Shown here in pieces: positions 39,021 to 47,933 of a DNA stretch of 59,869 nucleotides. Source of the DNA: an uncultured Desulfobacterales bacterium (GTDB lineage: Bacteria > Desulfobacterota > Desulfobacteria > Desulfobacterales > C00003060); assembly GCA_964430705.1 (NCBI GenBank), contig CAYSGJ010000171.1:1-59869 (forward strand), written 5' to 3'. The stretch's first letter is position 1. Every line of letters starts with the position of its first letter. The position numbers were made by a program, and so were the translations under genes. The notes beneath the pieces were generated by a model. That model made no database searches and was not told where the DNA came from. It saw only the letters and a program-made list of their open reading frames with translations.

Positions 39021-40409
39021 ATGAGCAATATATTAGCCATAGAAGAAAATGATGCTTGGAGAGATGTTCTATCAGAAGCTTTTTCCGCACTGCACAGGCT
39101 CAACTATTGGCCAAACGGCATGGATATTTCCGAGACCCTACACGCCGAAAATTACGATGCCATCGTGCTCGACCTCCAGATTTTACAAGAAGACGGGCTG
39201 TCCCTTGTAAGTCATTTGAAAACGGCCGCTCCTCATACGCCTGTTATTGTCACAAGCGAAACGGAAGATACGGCCCTGGTGGTTAAGGCCGTCAAAAACG
39301 GGGCCTTTGAATTTATCCCAAAGCCGTACTCAAAAGAAAGAATCAGGCTGGTGGTGGCACAGGCCCTCGATAACCGAGGCCTCAGGAACGAAATCGACTA
39401 CCTGAGGCGTGAACAGGACGTGGTTTATAGTTTTGACGGCATTATCGCGCACAGCCCTGCGATGAAGGCCGTTATGGGAAGACTCAAAAAATTCTCAGAA
39501 ACGGACGCCACGATTTTAATCACGGGAGAAACCGGTACGGGAAAGAGTTTTCTTTCCGGCACAATCCATTTCAACAGCAACAGGCGAAAAAAACCTTTTA
39601 TCAAGATTAATTGTACCAACATTCCTGAAACCCTCTTGGAAAGCGAACTGTTCGGGCATGAGAGGGGGGCGTTTACGGGGGCCAACAAGACCCGCGTGGG
39701 CCGATTCGAGCAGGCCAATGGCGGCACGGCCTTTCTTGACGAAATCGGGGAAACAAGTATGGATCTTCAGGCCAAATTATTGCGGGTCCTGGACGAAAAA
39801 TCATTCGAACGTGTTGGGGGCAACCGGACGATCCATTCCGACGTTAGAATTATCACGGCAACCAACAGAAGTTTGGAAGAGCAGGTGAATTCCGGAAGAT
39901 TTCGAGAAGACTTTTACTATCGCGTCAATGTGTTGTCTGTTCATTTGCCGCCTCTACGGGAAAGAAGAGCCTGTATAAAGCCTCTTTCCTACTATCTTCT
40001 GAAAAAGAGTTGTCGCACATTGAGAAAGGACATTAAAGGGTTTGCCCCTTCCGTTCTTGACAATCTTGAAAAATATGCCTGGCCCGGCAACATTCGCCAG
40101 CTTGCCAATACGATTGAACGGGCCGTCATTTTGGAAGAAACGGATACGATACAAGAAGAAAATGTGTCTTTGCTCAAACCCATCGGTACCCGTCCGGTTG
40201 ACACCGAGCCCCACGGAGCAGAAACAGCCTCAGATTCAACCGTTGCCCCACTTCAAGAACATGAAAAAGGGTTTATTCTCAAAGCGTTGCAGGATAGTCT
40301 TTGGATCCAGAAGGACGCGGCTGAAAGACTTGGGATCAGTCCACGCGCACTGAATTATAAAATCAAGAAGTTTGGAATCACCCACCCGCGTTGGCGCAAA
40401 AACAAATAA
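39021..40409 (+). CDS. Sigma-54-dependent response regulator (NtrC family: REC-AAA-Fis HTH)
   Basis: Receiver Asp (VLDLQ), GETGTGKS, ESELFGHERGAFTGA, FLDEIGE, WPGNIRQL, C-terminal HTH. Confidence 0.95.
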   Translation: MSNILAIEENDAWRDVLSEAFSALHRLNYWPNGMDISETLHAENYDAIVLDLQILQEDGLSLVSHLKTAAPHTPVIVTSETEDTALVVKAVKNGAFEFIPKPYSKERIRLVVAQALDNRGLRNEIDYLRREQDVVYSFDGIIAHSPAMKAVMGRLKKFSETDATILITGETGTGKSFLSGTIHFNSNRRKKPFIKINCTNIPETLLESELFGHERGAFTGANKTRVGRFEQANGGTAFLDEIGETSMDLQAKLLRVLDEKSFERVGGNRTIHSDVRIITATNRSLEEQVNSGRFREDFYYRVNVLSVHLPPLRERRACIKPLSYYLLKKSCRTLRKDIKGFAPSVLDNLEKYAWPGNIRQLANTIERAVILEETDTIQEENVSLLKPIGTRPVDTEPHGAETASDSTVAPLQEHEKGFILKALQDSLWIQKDAAERLGISPRALNYKIKKFGITHPRWRKNK

Positions 40410-40587
40410 CCACGTCGTAACGGATAACACAATTGTAATTTGAATCCTCTGCCTCTGTTGTTCTTTTAAGATAATCTCCTTTCAAACGGTTGGGCACCTT
40501 CCTGCGTACACCCCTGCGGGTTTCCTAATCTATTGTTTTGACATGATCTTTGATTCACTTTCAACAACAAGTTAAAACATTGCCGGA

Positions 40588-40603
40588 TGGCACGGTGGTT
40601 GCT
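40588..40603 (+). promoter_or_regulatory. Sigma-54 (-24/-12) promoter
   Basis: TGGCACGGTGGTTGCT, matches TGGCACG-N4-TTGC consensus. Confidence 0.88.
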
Positions 40604-40654
40604 AAAAACAAGTGACAGTTACGATTTGACGTGTTTTTTTAAAAAAATGAAAAG

Positions 40655-40748
40655 CGTTCGAAAAAGGCAAACCACCCCAAAGGGTGGGACGCAAAACCAC
40701 TGACCTAAGTCCGAAAGCTATCGGATAAGGTGGCAAGGTTGCCGAGCG
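40655..40748 (+). ncRNA. Cyclic di-GMP-I (GEMM-I) riboswitch
   Basis: P1 cgttcg/cgagcg; GGCAAACC; P2 ccaccc/gggtgg; GGGACGCAAA; P3 with CCTAAG/TAAGG receptor and tccga/tcgga stem; GGTTGCCGA. Confidence 0.9.
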
Positions 40749-40805
40749 AATACAGCATCTCCACCGGACTGTGTTTCGCGCGGCCCGAAAATTGGAGGTG
40801 CCGGC

Positions 40806-42749
40806 ATGTTGCCAAATATTCCCAACACATACTTACATTCCCGCTACCCTTTTCCATTGTTTTTTGTTTTCACGTGCCTTGCAGCGCTTTGTTGCCTTTG
40901 TCCGGCAACCGTTCAACATGCAGGGGCGGTGGATGTCACGCTGTCTTGGGATGCGAATTCCGAAGATGACCTGGAAGGATACAGGATCTTCGTCAGGGCT
41001 GATGGGCACAACTACGATTACAACGCCCCCGCGTGGAATGGCACCCAGACCGCCTGCACCATTTCGAATCTGGACGACGGCCTCACGTATCACTTTGTTG
41101 CCCGGGCTTACAACGCTTCCGAGATAGAAAGTGAAGACTCCGAGGAAGTCACGCGATATGCCCATGGCAGTCCCGCCACCCTCACCACCCTTTGCATCAG
41201 CGGATCAGATGCCGTCAATGAAAACGCCACATCCAATTATACCGCCACAGCACGGTACAGTGACGGAAATACCGAGGTTGTTACGGCCGACTGCTTATGG
41301 AATGCGGATTCGGCGTATGCAAGCATCGATGATAACGGCGTTCTGACCACCTTGTCAGTCTCCGGTGACCAAAACGTCACTATAGAAGCAACCTATACCG
41401 AAGGGGACATCGTCGAAACCGACCAGGTTTCAGTAACGATTGTGGATGCACAACCCGTGTTGGTCAGTGTAAGTATCAGCGGGTCGGATCCGGTAAATGA
41501 AAACACATCCAATAATTACACCGCCACGGCCACATTTAGCGACAGCAGCACCCAAAACGTAACCGATAGTGCAACCTGGTCGATTGAAGGTTGCGAACAT
41601 GCCGACATAAGCACCGGCGGCGTTCTGACAACTTCTGAAATTAACGCAGACGAAACGGTCCTGTTGGCGGCGACCTTCACTTCGGCGGGAGTCACAAAAG
41701 AAGGCCTAAAGACGGTCACCATTACGGATATTCCCCAGAACAACCTTCCTCCGGCCACGCCGGCAATTTCATCTCCTTACGATGGGGAAATGGCATGCGA
41801 CAGATTGCTCAACATTACTTCAGAGGCTTTTTCGGACCCTGATGGTGACGCACACAGCCAAACCCACTGGCAAATCAGCAAAACCCCGGATTTTTCTTCC
41901 ACAGTCCTGGATACCACCACGACCGCAGACCTGACGCATTTGCCCGTGCCTCACATGATACTTGACGGCGATACGACGTACTACGTGCGTGTCCGGTTCT
42001 ATGATGTCTATTTGGAGCCGTCTTCCTGGTCGGAAGTAACCGAGTTTACCACCGCTGCAGACGGCAACGACCTGAACGCCGACGGCATCCCTGACGATCA
42101 GGAAGTAGGCTACGGGGTGGATCTTGACGGAAATGGCGTGGATGACATAGACGAACCGGACAACATCAAGTCAGTACAATCCAGTGACGGCTCCTTTAAA
42201 ATCGCTGTTGCCAAAGAATCGGATAATATCACCGCCATCGAGGCCGTGGAAATCATCGATCCGTCCACCATTCCAGAAACGGAAAATACGCCTGAAACGC
42301 TCACCCACGGCCTTGTGTCTTATCGCATTGCCGTTAACGAGGCGGGCGCCACGGCATGGGTAACGATTTACTTCTCACTTCCAATAAATCAAGACCTGTC
42401 ATGCCTTAAATATGACAGGATTAACGGATGGCAAGATTACTCGCAGTATACTACGTTCAATGGCGATGGTCGATCCATGACCCTGGAAATCCGGGACGGA
42501 GGATATGGTGACAGCGACGGAAAGGCAAACGGCATCATTGTTGACCCGGCAGGCGTCGGAATCCCAAGCAGCGGCGGCACGAGTTCCTACAATGCTTTGG
42601 ATGCGTTCTTGAAGCCTGTGGAAGCCGCATGCTTTGTCGTCACCGCGGGAAGCCCTCCCATCGGCATTCCAAGTGGGATCCTGGTTCCACTCGGCCTGTT
42701 GTCGGCAGCATGTATTTCTTGTGTACTAAAAAAGAAAAAGAGCAACTAG
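40806..42749 (+). CDS. Secreted surface protein: Fn3, two Ig-like repeats, Fn3-like, acidic DxDxDG loops, choice-of-anchor-U-like domain, C-terminal anchor
   Basis: Signal peptide, VTLSWDAN...EGYRI, duplicated ISGSDxVNEN...YTATAxxSD, IRDGGYGDSDGKANGIIVDP, ACFVVTA plus hydrophobic helix plus KKKK; GGAGG RBS. Confidence 0.85.
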   Translation: MLPNIPNTYLHSRYPFPLFFVFTCLAALCCLCPATVQHAGAVDVTLSWDANSEDDLEGYRIFVRADGHNYDYNAPAWNGTQTACTISNLDDGLTYHFVARAYNASEIESEDSEEVTRYAHGSPATLTTLCISGSDAVNENATSNYTATARYSDGNTEVVTADCLWNADSAYASIDDNGVLTTLSVSGDQNVTIEATYTEGDIVETDQVSVTIVDAQPVLVSVSISGSDPVNENTSNNYTATATFSDSSTQNVTDSATWSIEGCEHADISTGGVLTTSEINADETVLLAATFTSAGVTKEGLKTVTITDIPQNNLPPATPAISSPYDGEMACDRLLNITSEAFSDPDGDAHSQTHWQISKTPDFSSTVLDTTTTADLTHLPVPHMILDGDTTYYVRVRFYDVYLEPSSWSEVTEFTTAADGNDLNADGIPDDQEVGYGVDLDGNGVDDIDEPDNIKSVQSSDGSFKIAVAKESDNITAIEAVEIIDPSTIPETENTPETLTHGLVSYRIAVNEAGATAWVTIYFSLPINQDLSCLKYDRINGWQDYSQYTTFNGDGRSMTLEIRDGGYGDSDGKANGIIVDPAGVGIPSSGGTSSYNALDAFLKPVEAACFVVTAGSPPIGIPSGILVPLGLLSAACISCVLKKKKSN

Positions 42750-42792
42750 CCATATCCAAATCGGCCGCTCAACGAACATAGCTATTGGAACA

Positions 42793-42839
42793 CTCATAAA
42801 CTAATGCCCCGCCCAGTAGGCGGGGCATTAGTTTATGAG
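42793..42839. terminator. Perfect 21-bp inverted repeat, probable bidirectional terminator
   Basis: ctcataaactaatgccccgcc-cagta-ggcggggcattagtttatgag between convergent genes. Confidence 0.75.
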
Positions 42840-43944
42840 CCACCCGGCTTATATCCGTTTCGGATAAAGGTTTCATAGTCGGTGCGATAGATGTCCGTCA
42901 AGGTTAGAAAAGCCGTCATGACCAGGGGACCATATATGATTCCCAGAATGCCGAACACCTGCAACCCGCCAAGAACGGCGAGGAAAACCAAGAGAGTGTG
43001 TATCTGCACTTTATTTCCAACCAGCTTCGGCTTGATAATATACTCCATTACCGACGAGAGAGCCAGATAAAAAATCAAAAAAAACACCCCGGCGCCGATT
43101 CGGCCTTTGAGGACCAAATAAATAGATGTCGGGACAAATACGGCCCCAACCCCGACGATAGGAAAGAAGGCCAGAATAGCCATGACAAACCCCCAGAGAA
43201 AGGGCGAGCCGAGGCCGAAAACAGCAAAGAGTAAGCCTCCGCATAACCCCTGGGCGAGCCCTGAAATACCATTGACTACAAGCACCACGGAAGCCATGGC
43301 ATGAAATTTATTCATAAGTTTCATATCTTGGCTTTCCGGCAGGGGTGAGAGCTGTATGAAAAATGCAATCAGTTTTTTGCCATCGATGAGCAGAAAAAAA
43401 TTACCAGGAGCATGAAGAGAAAGTTGACGACGAACTTCAAGACATTTGAGGCGATAGTGCCCACTTGTTGGTACAAGAAAAGCCCTATCGTTCGCCCCAA
43501 TTGCGACAGGACCCTGTTAAGATCTTCAGTACTCAAGTTGATGTCATATTTCTGCAATATTGCTTCCAGCCGATCTACAGCCTTGTTGTTTTGGAAAAGC
43601 TCCCGGAGATCCTGATTCGCCGCGGCGTCCGTACCAAGAAGGTACAAGTCATAAGCCTCCTGCGACAGGGCGCCGACAAGAAAAACCAACGGGACAAAAA
43701 CGACCAGGAAAATAACACTGCAAGTAACAAGGGAAGAAAGTGTCGGCGCCATTTTTTTTGTCAAGAAACGGTAGATGGGATAGAAGGTTCCGGTCAACAC
43801 AAAGGCCAGCACCAGGATGGACAGAAAAGGCCAAAGAACGCGCCCTACAAAGAAAATGGTAATCAGGAATATGACTAGAAAATACCTGAATATCATCTGG
43901 GTAGACGGCTGATCAGAAATCTTCGGGCTCCCGTCTTTGTCCAT
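42833..43944 (-). pseudogene. AI-2E family transporter, frameshifted at a T7 run (43394-43400)
   Basis: Two ORFs 43369-43944 and 42833-43324; adding one T gives VIFFLLIDGKKLIAFFIQLSPLPESQDMKL joining them; C-half has FPIVG, IKPKLVG, GGLQVFGILGIIYGP. Confidence 0.85.
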
Positions 43945-43968
43945 TTTTCTGCTCCTTTTCTCGGCGGT

Positions 43969-44652
43969 TCATCCTTGCTCTTTGTGTCGCGATCGGCTCT
44001 CAAGGCACCATGCGACAAGCCCGGTAACAACAAATGCCAGCACCGCAGCCAATATTGCTCTTTGCCACGGTGCTTTGTCTTTTATGAAAGCTAAAAGAGG
44101 AATAAAGATGAGTGCCCAACAGGAAACATGCCATGGCTTTACAAATTTCGCCACGGATCTGCCGACAAGACGTTCCCAGGTTCCATGCACATGCCGCTTT
44201 TGGATGTCCCGAATCAGTTGTTTTGTCTCAAGGTCGGTATAAATTGAATAACCCTTGTCTTCTTCGACGTGATGGTCATACATAACGGTCTTTTCAAGGG
44301 TTCCTTCAGCGTTCCAATATGTCCATTGTCCATCGCGTTTTCCCATAACCCAATGGCTCTGCAGGGCCTTGTTCCCATTGCCGTGCCAATCCGTCCATTT
44401 GCCATGCATTTTGCCATAAAGAAACTCGCCTTCTGTTGCTCGGGAACCATTCGGATTCCATCGAACCCATAAACCTGTTTTTTTCCCCCTTACATATTCG
44501 CCTGCCAGTTGTTTTCCTCCCTGTTTGTACCAGAAGGTCCATGGGCCATGCCGCTGGCCTTCCAACATGGATCCTTTGGCATAAACAGCTTTGGATTGCC
44601 AAAAAACTAGGCCTCTCGGCCAATACAAAATCACTTCTCGAGGCTTTTCCAC
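43969..44652 (-). CDS. MORN-variant (YwqK-like) repeat protein with two C-terminal TM helices
   Basis: Repeats G-x2-[HTD]G-x-W-x2-W-x3-G; hydrophobic C-terminus. Confidence 0.75.
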   Translation of the reverse strand: MEKPREVILYWPRGLVFWQSKAVYAKGSMLEGQRHGPWTFWYKQGGKQLAGEYVRGKKTGLWVRWNPNGSRATEGEFLYGKMHGKWTDWHGNGNKALQSHWVMGKRDGQWTYWNAEGTLEKTVMYDHHVEEDKGYSIYTDLETKQLIRDIQKRHVHGTWERLVGRSVAKFVKPWHVSCWALIFIPLLAFIKDKAPWQRAILAAVLAFVVTGLVAWCLESRSRHKEQG

Positions 44653-44745
44653 AACGCGTGACCTCCGTTTTCCAAGCCCTTAATGATTGTCGCCATACGC
44701 CCACTTTCAACAGACGCAGCCTGCCTCGCAAGGATCCGCAACCGA

Positions 44746-45288
44746 TTACCGAAGTTCCAATCGTCTGACATTCACATTTCCAACACCGGCACTGCCTAGT
44801 GCTCGATATTTGGCCGGAATATGCTCAACGTGTTGCCACGAAAAGCTGTCCGGGCTGATTTCAAGGTAAAGCAGTGACGTATATCTGAAAACGGGAACGC
44901 CGGGACTCTGATATCGAATGATCAGCTTCAAGTACCAGGGCTCACGTCTTAATCCCATGGTTTCAACCGTTGGGATTGCTCCAATCTGCAATACCTTTGG
45001 AGCGGCGCCGGCGCCGACCCTCTGTTGAATCGTCGGCATGTTTCCGATGTAGGCTATCTCGCCTTTGGAAAATAAAAAACCGTCGACTCTATTGATCAAG
45101 GCATCTCCTTTTCCATGGTTCACAACAAAGACATTCGGACTCCTGAATATGAGCTTCACGTCCGGACGCACAAGTTTGAAATATACCAATACGGCGGCTA
45201 CGAGCAACAAGGCCGAAAGGCTCCAGAAGATTTGTTTCCTACTGAGGCTTTTAAAGTATTCTCCTGTTTGGTCGAAACTCTGAGTCAT
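44746..45288 (-). CDS. Hypothetical membrane-anchored protein
   Basis: N-terminal TM; ATGA overlap with methyltransferase. Confidence 0.65.
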   Translation of the reverse strand: MTQSFDQTGEYFKSLSRKQIFWSLSALLLVAAVLVYFKLVRPDVKLIFRSPNVFVVNHGKGDALINRVDGFLFSKGEIAYIGNMPTIQQRVGAGAAPKVLQIGAIPTVETMGLRREPWYLKLIIRYQSPGVPVFRYTSLLYLEISPDSFSWQHVEHIPAKYRALGSAGVGNVNVRRLELR

Positions 45289-45935
45289 TTTGCCTGAATA
45301 GGCGTTTCCTTCCGTTTTATCAATAACAGTATGTACAGGTCGGTTTCATCAATAAACTCGGCAATATCGAATCCTTGAAGTTGAAACTGTTTTTCCGCCT
45401 CAGGGCGATCCGGAAAATCATCCAACGGAAACGGGGATCGTTTTTTTAACCCGTCGATAAACGATTTGCCCATCGGGTGGCTGATCACCATACGTCCACC
45501 AGGCTTCATCATTCTGGCTATATTGCCGAAAGTCTTATTTTTGTCGATGATATTGGGATAACAAGCATTCATAAAAACAACGTCGATGCTGCCATCAGGC
45601 AGCAGCACATCCCGGATGTCGCCCGCAATGGTCCGCACAAATGAGTACCGCCGCCTCAAGTGCTCCAACATTGCCCGAGAAAGATCACTGGCATAGATCA
45701 TTTTCGGCTTATACCGGTCGATCAACGGTACAAGTACGCCTGTGCCTGCCCCTACATCCAGCACGACATTGCCCTTTTGAATCGCAGCAACATCAACAAT
45801 TTTCTCCAGACGTGCCGGCACACCATCAGGCAATGGCGGATCAAAAACATGAATGAGGCCGCTAAAAAAATCACGTTGAATCCTGTTGAGTCGGTCGATT
45901 TCTTGATCTGTCAACGAATCGTTATCAATGGGCAT
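45285..45935 (-). CDS. Class I SAM-dependent methyltransferase
   Basis: VLDVGAGTG, DLSRAML, MKPGGRM. Confidence 0.88.
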   Translation of the reverse strand: MPIDNDSLTDQEIDRLNRIQRDFFSGLIHVFDPPLPDGVPARLEKIVDVAAIQKGNVVLDVGAGTGVLVPLIDRYKPKMIYASDLSRAMLEHLRRRYSFVRTIAGDIRDVLLPDGSIDVVFMNACYPNIIDKNKTFGNIARMMKPGGRMVISHPMGKSFIDGLKKRSPFPLDDFPDRPEAEKQFQLQGFDIAEFIDETDLYILLLIKRKETPIQAK

Positions 45936-46022
45936 GCGCTTACATCCTTCGCCGGAAGCTTGGACGGCGGCGACCTAAAAAATTCCACCGGCAAAACGAT
46001 GGCCCGTAACGTGACCGGATGT

Positions 46023-46700
46023 TTACGCCGGAACTCGAATCTCAAACAAATCGTCGGTTTTTCTGACCTCGGGCACAATATGAAAGATATCGATCCCAAG
46101 GCAGTATGGAAAATCCCGTTCTTGTCCCAACCCTTTGAGCCTGAGAGCGCCCTCTCCTTCTAAAATGGCTTTCATCATGGCAGGAATGCCTTGGGGCGCC
46201 CTGCCTTCCAGAATGTCTTTCAGATACAGAGCACACCTTTCGTCTTCAACCGCCTTTCTTGTAGCATCGGTTCCAATAGCCAGCAGATCTACCTGTGTAC
46301 AATCCAACAGCCCCGGTTCCTTGCTCAGCGCCGTGCCGTTTGCAAAGCTGCCGATGAAGATTCTCTCGGCGTGTTGCGCGTGAACAATGCCTTGCGTTCC
46401 CGCCGACGTCGTCAAGATAATTTGCCGTCCATGAACATTCCGCCCTAAAACCTCGTACGGTGAATTGCCCAAATCAAACCCTTCAATCTTGACACCGCCC
46501 CTTTCCCCGGCCAACCAATATTCCGGATGTTTTTTTTTAAGCAAGAAGGCTTCCTCTACCGAAGCAACAGGAAAAATGGACCGAGCGCCCCGATGGAGAA
46601 GCATTAAAATAGTATTGCTTGCCCTAAAGACATCGATGAGAACCGCAACTCTACGACATTTTCGGGCTCCGTCCAGGCAACTTCGCACAATCGCTTTCAT
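46023..46700 (-). CDS. 2-phosphosulfolactate phosphatase family (ComB-like)
   Basis: IDVFRAS, AGERGG, FDLGNSP, TTSAGT, EDERCA. Confidence 0.88.
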   Translation of the reverse strand: MKAIVRSCLDGARKCRRVAVLIDVFRASNTILMLLHRGARSIFPVASVEEAFLLKKKHPEYWLAGERGGVKIEGFDLGNSPYEVLGRNVHGRQIILTTSAGTQGIVHAQHAERIFIGSFANGTALSKEPGLLDCTQVDLLAIGTDATRKAVEDERCALYLKDILEGRAPQGIPAMMKAILEGEGALRLKGLGQERDFPYCLGIDIFHIVPEVRKTDDLFEIRVPA

Positions 46701-46751
46701 GGGGTGACCGGCACCCCCGTAACAGCGCAAGAGGTTATGGAGCCCCGGGTT

Positions 46752-47516
46752 TTACCTTTTGGCGCCATTTTTCGCGAAATCGCGTTCGGCCCTTCGAACC
46801 GCTTCGACAAAACGCTTTACCTTATCAAGATCTTTTTGAAATCGAACCGGATTGCCTTTTTTGTTTTGAATATTGGTACCGGTGCAGCTGTCCACTCCGT
46901 ATGGCCTTGTAATCCGGATAGCGTCATACACATTGTCGGCAGCCAATCCTCCAGCCACAATCACCGGAATCGTGCTGGATTCGACCAGTTTTTTTGCCTT
47001 TTCCCAGTTACATGTCCGCCCCGTAATTCCAATGAATCCCTTCACGGGTTCGTTTTCAGACCACGTGTCGGTTAAGAAACAATCGCTCACGCCTTGGAAA
47101 ACATCGGCAATCTGCAGCGTCGGCACGTGCGCATCATCATCGGCGGATGCTATGGGAATGGTGCGCATGATTTCCAGGTCCGGGAAGCGATCTTTGATGC
47201 CGACCTGAACTTCCACAAGTTTTTCAAAAGGCGCTGTCCGGGAACCATGAAATACCAGAGCATCGCAAAAGTGCAGGATGTCCGGTTTGTAGAAGTCGAT
47301 CACGCGACACAGTTTTTCCATATCATGGAACAAAGGAATGATACTGTGCTTTGCTCCCGCCTCTTTTGTCACGACAACCGCTTCCTTGATACCGGGGACC
47401 TTCCAGTTATCCGAAGACACAATGACACTGCCGACCCTGTTAACGCCCAAAGACACCACGGAGTGCGCCTCTTCAGGATCCTGGATCTCATAAATTTGAA
47501 CCGCTATTTGTCGCAT
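46752..47516 (-). CDS. TrpF (PRA isomerase)-like TIM barrel protein, non-canonical
   Basis: FLTDT, GITGRTCNW, IVAGGLAADNV, PYGVDSCTG, KDLDKVKRFV; N-terminal QIYEI instead of KICG. Confidence 0.7.
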   Translation of the reverse strand: MRQIAVQIYEIQDPEEAHSVVSLGVNRVGSVIVSSDNWKVPGIKEAVVVTKEAGAKHSIIPLFHDMEKLCRVIDFYKPDILHFCDALVFHGSRTAPFEKLVEVQVGIKDRFPDLEIMRTIPIASADDDAHVPTLQIADVFQGVSDCFLTDTWSENEPVKGFIGITGRTCNWEKAKKLVESSTIPVIVAGGLAADNVYDAIRITRPYGVDSCTGTNIQNKKGNPVRFQKDLDKVKRFVEAVRRAERDFAKNGAKR

Positions 47517-47582
47517 TCCTTTTTGCCTGTTGATACCAAAATAGCCGGCTGTTGACACACGCTGCTATCCCTCAAGAATGCT

Positions 47583-47933
47583 TTAACCGGATGAACCTTT
47601 TTTATTTCGCCATCCACCCAAGAGATGGAGGTGCAAATGGAAGATAACCTGCCCACCGCCTTTCTCAACATTGAACAATAGTTTGTAGCCTGATTCCGAT
47701 ATACCTAAATCTCGGGCAGTCTGCTTACCCCGCAAGATAAGCTCGGATATGATAATACCGTCTTTATCCGTAATGTCATTTATGCTTCTGATATGCTTGG
47801 TGGGGACAATAAGAAAATGTACCGGCGCGTGGGGATGAATGTCTTTGAAAACCACCAGTAAATCATCTTGGTAAAAAACCTCTGCGGGTTGTTCGCCGCG
47901 AACAATCCGACAAAAGATACACGCTTCTTTCAC
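47583..47933 (-). CDS. Histidine triad nucleotide-binding protein (HINT)
   Basis: CIFCRI, DIHPHAPVH, GQVIFHLHLHLLGG. Confidence 0.93.
   Translation of the reverse strand: MKEACIFCRIVRGEQPAEVFYQDDLLVVFKDIHPHAPVHFLIVPTKHIRSINDITDKDGIIISELILRGKQTARDLGISESGYKLLFNVEKGGGQVIFHLHLHLLGGWRNKKGSSG

Noticed and set aside
37875-40450. Similar caatt...aatttg.aatc words upstream of both sigma-54 promoters as shared activator sites
   Set aside because: AT-rich, needs gaps to align and not clearly palindromic; cannot be supported by eye
40655-40748. 3',3'-cGAMP (GEMM-Ib) riboswitch
   Set aside because: Specificity position is G (GGCAAACC), not A
46023-46700. Coenzyme M biosynthesis pathway
   Set aside because: Only a ComB-family gene; no comA/comC/comDE in the window
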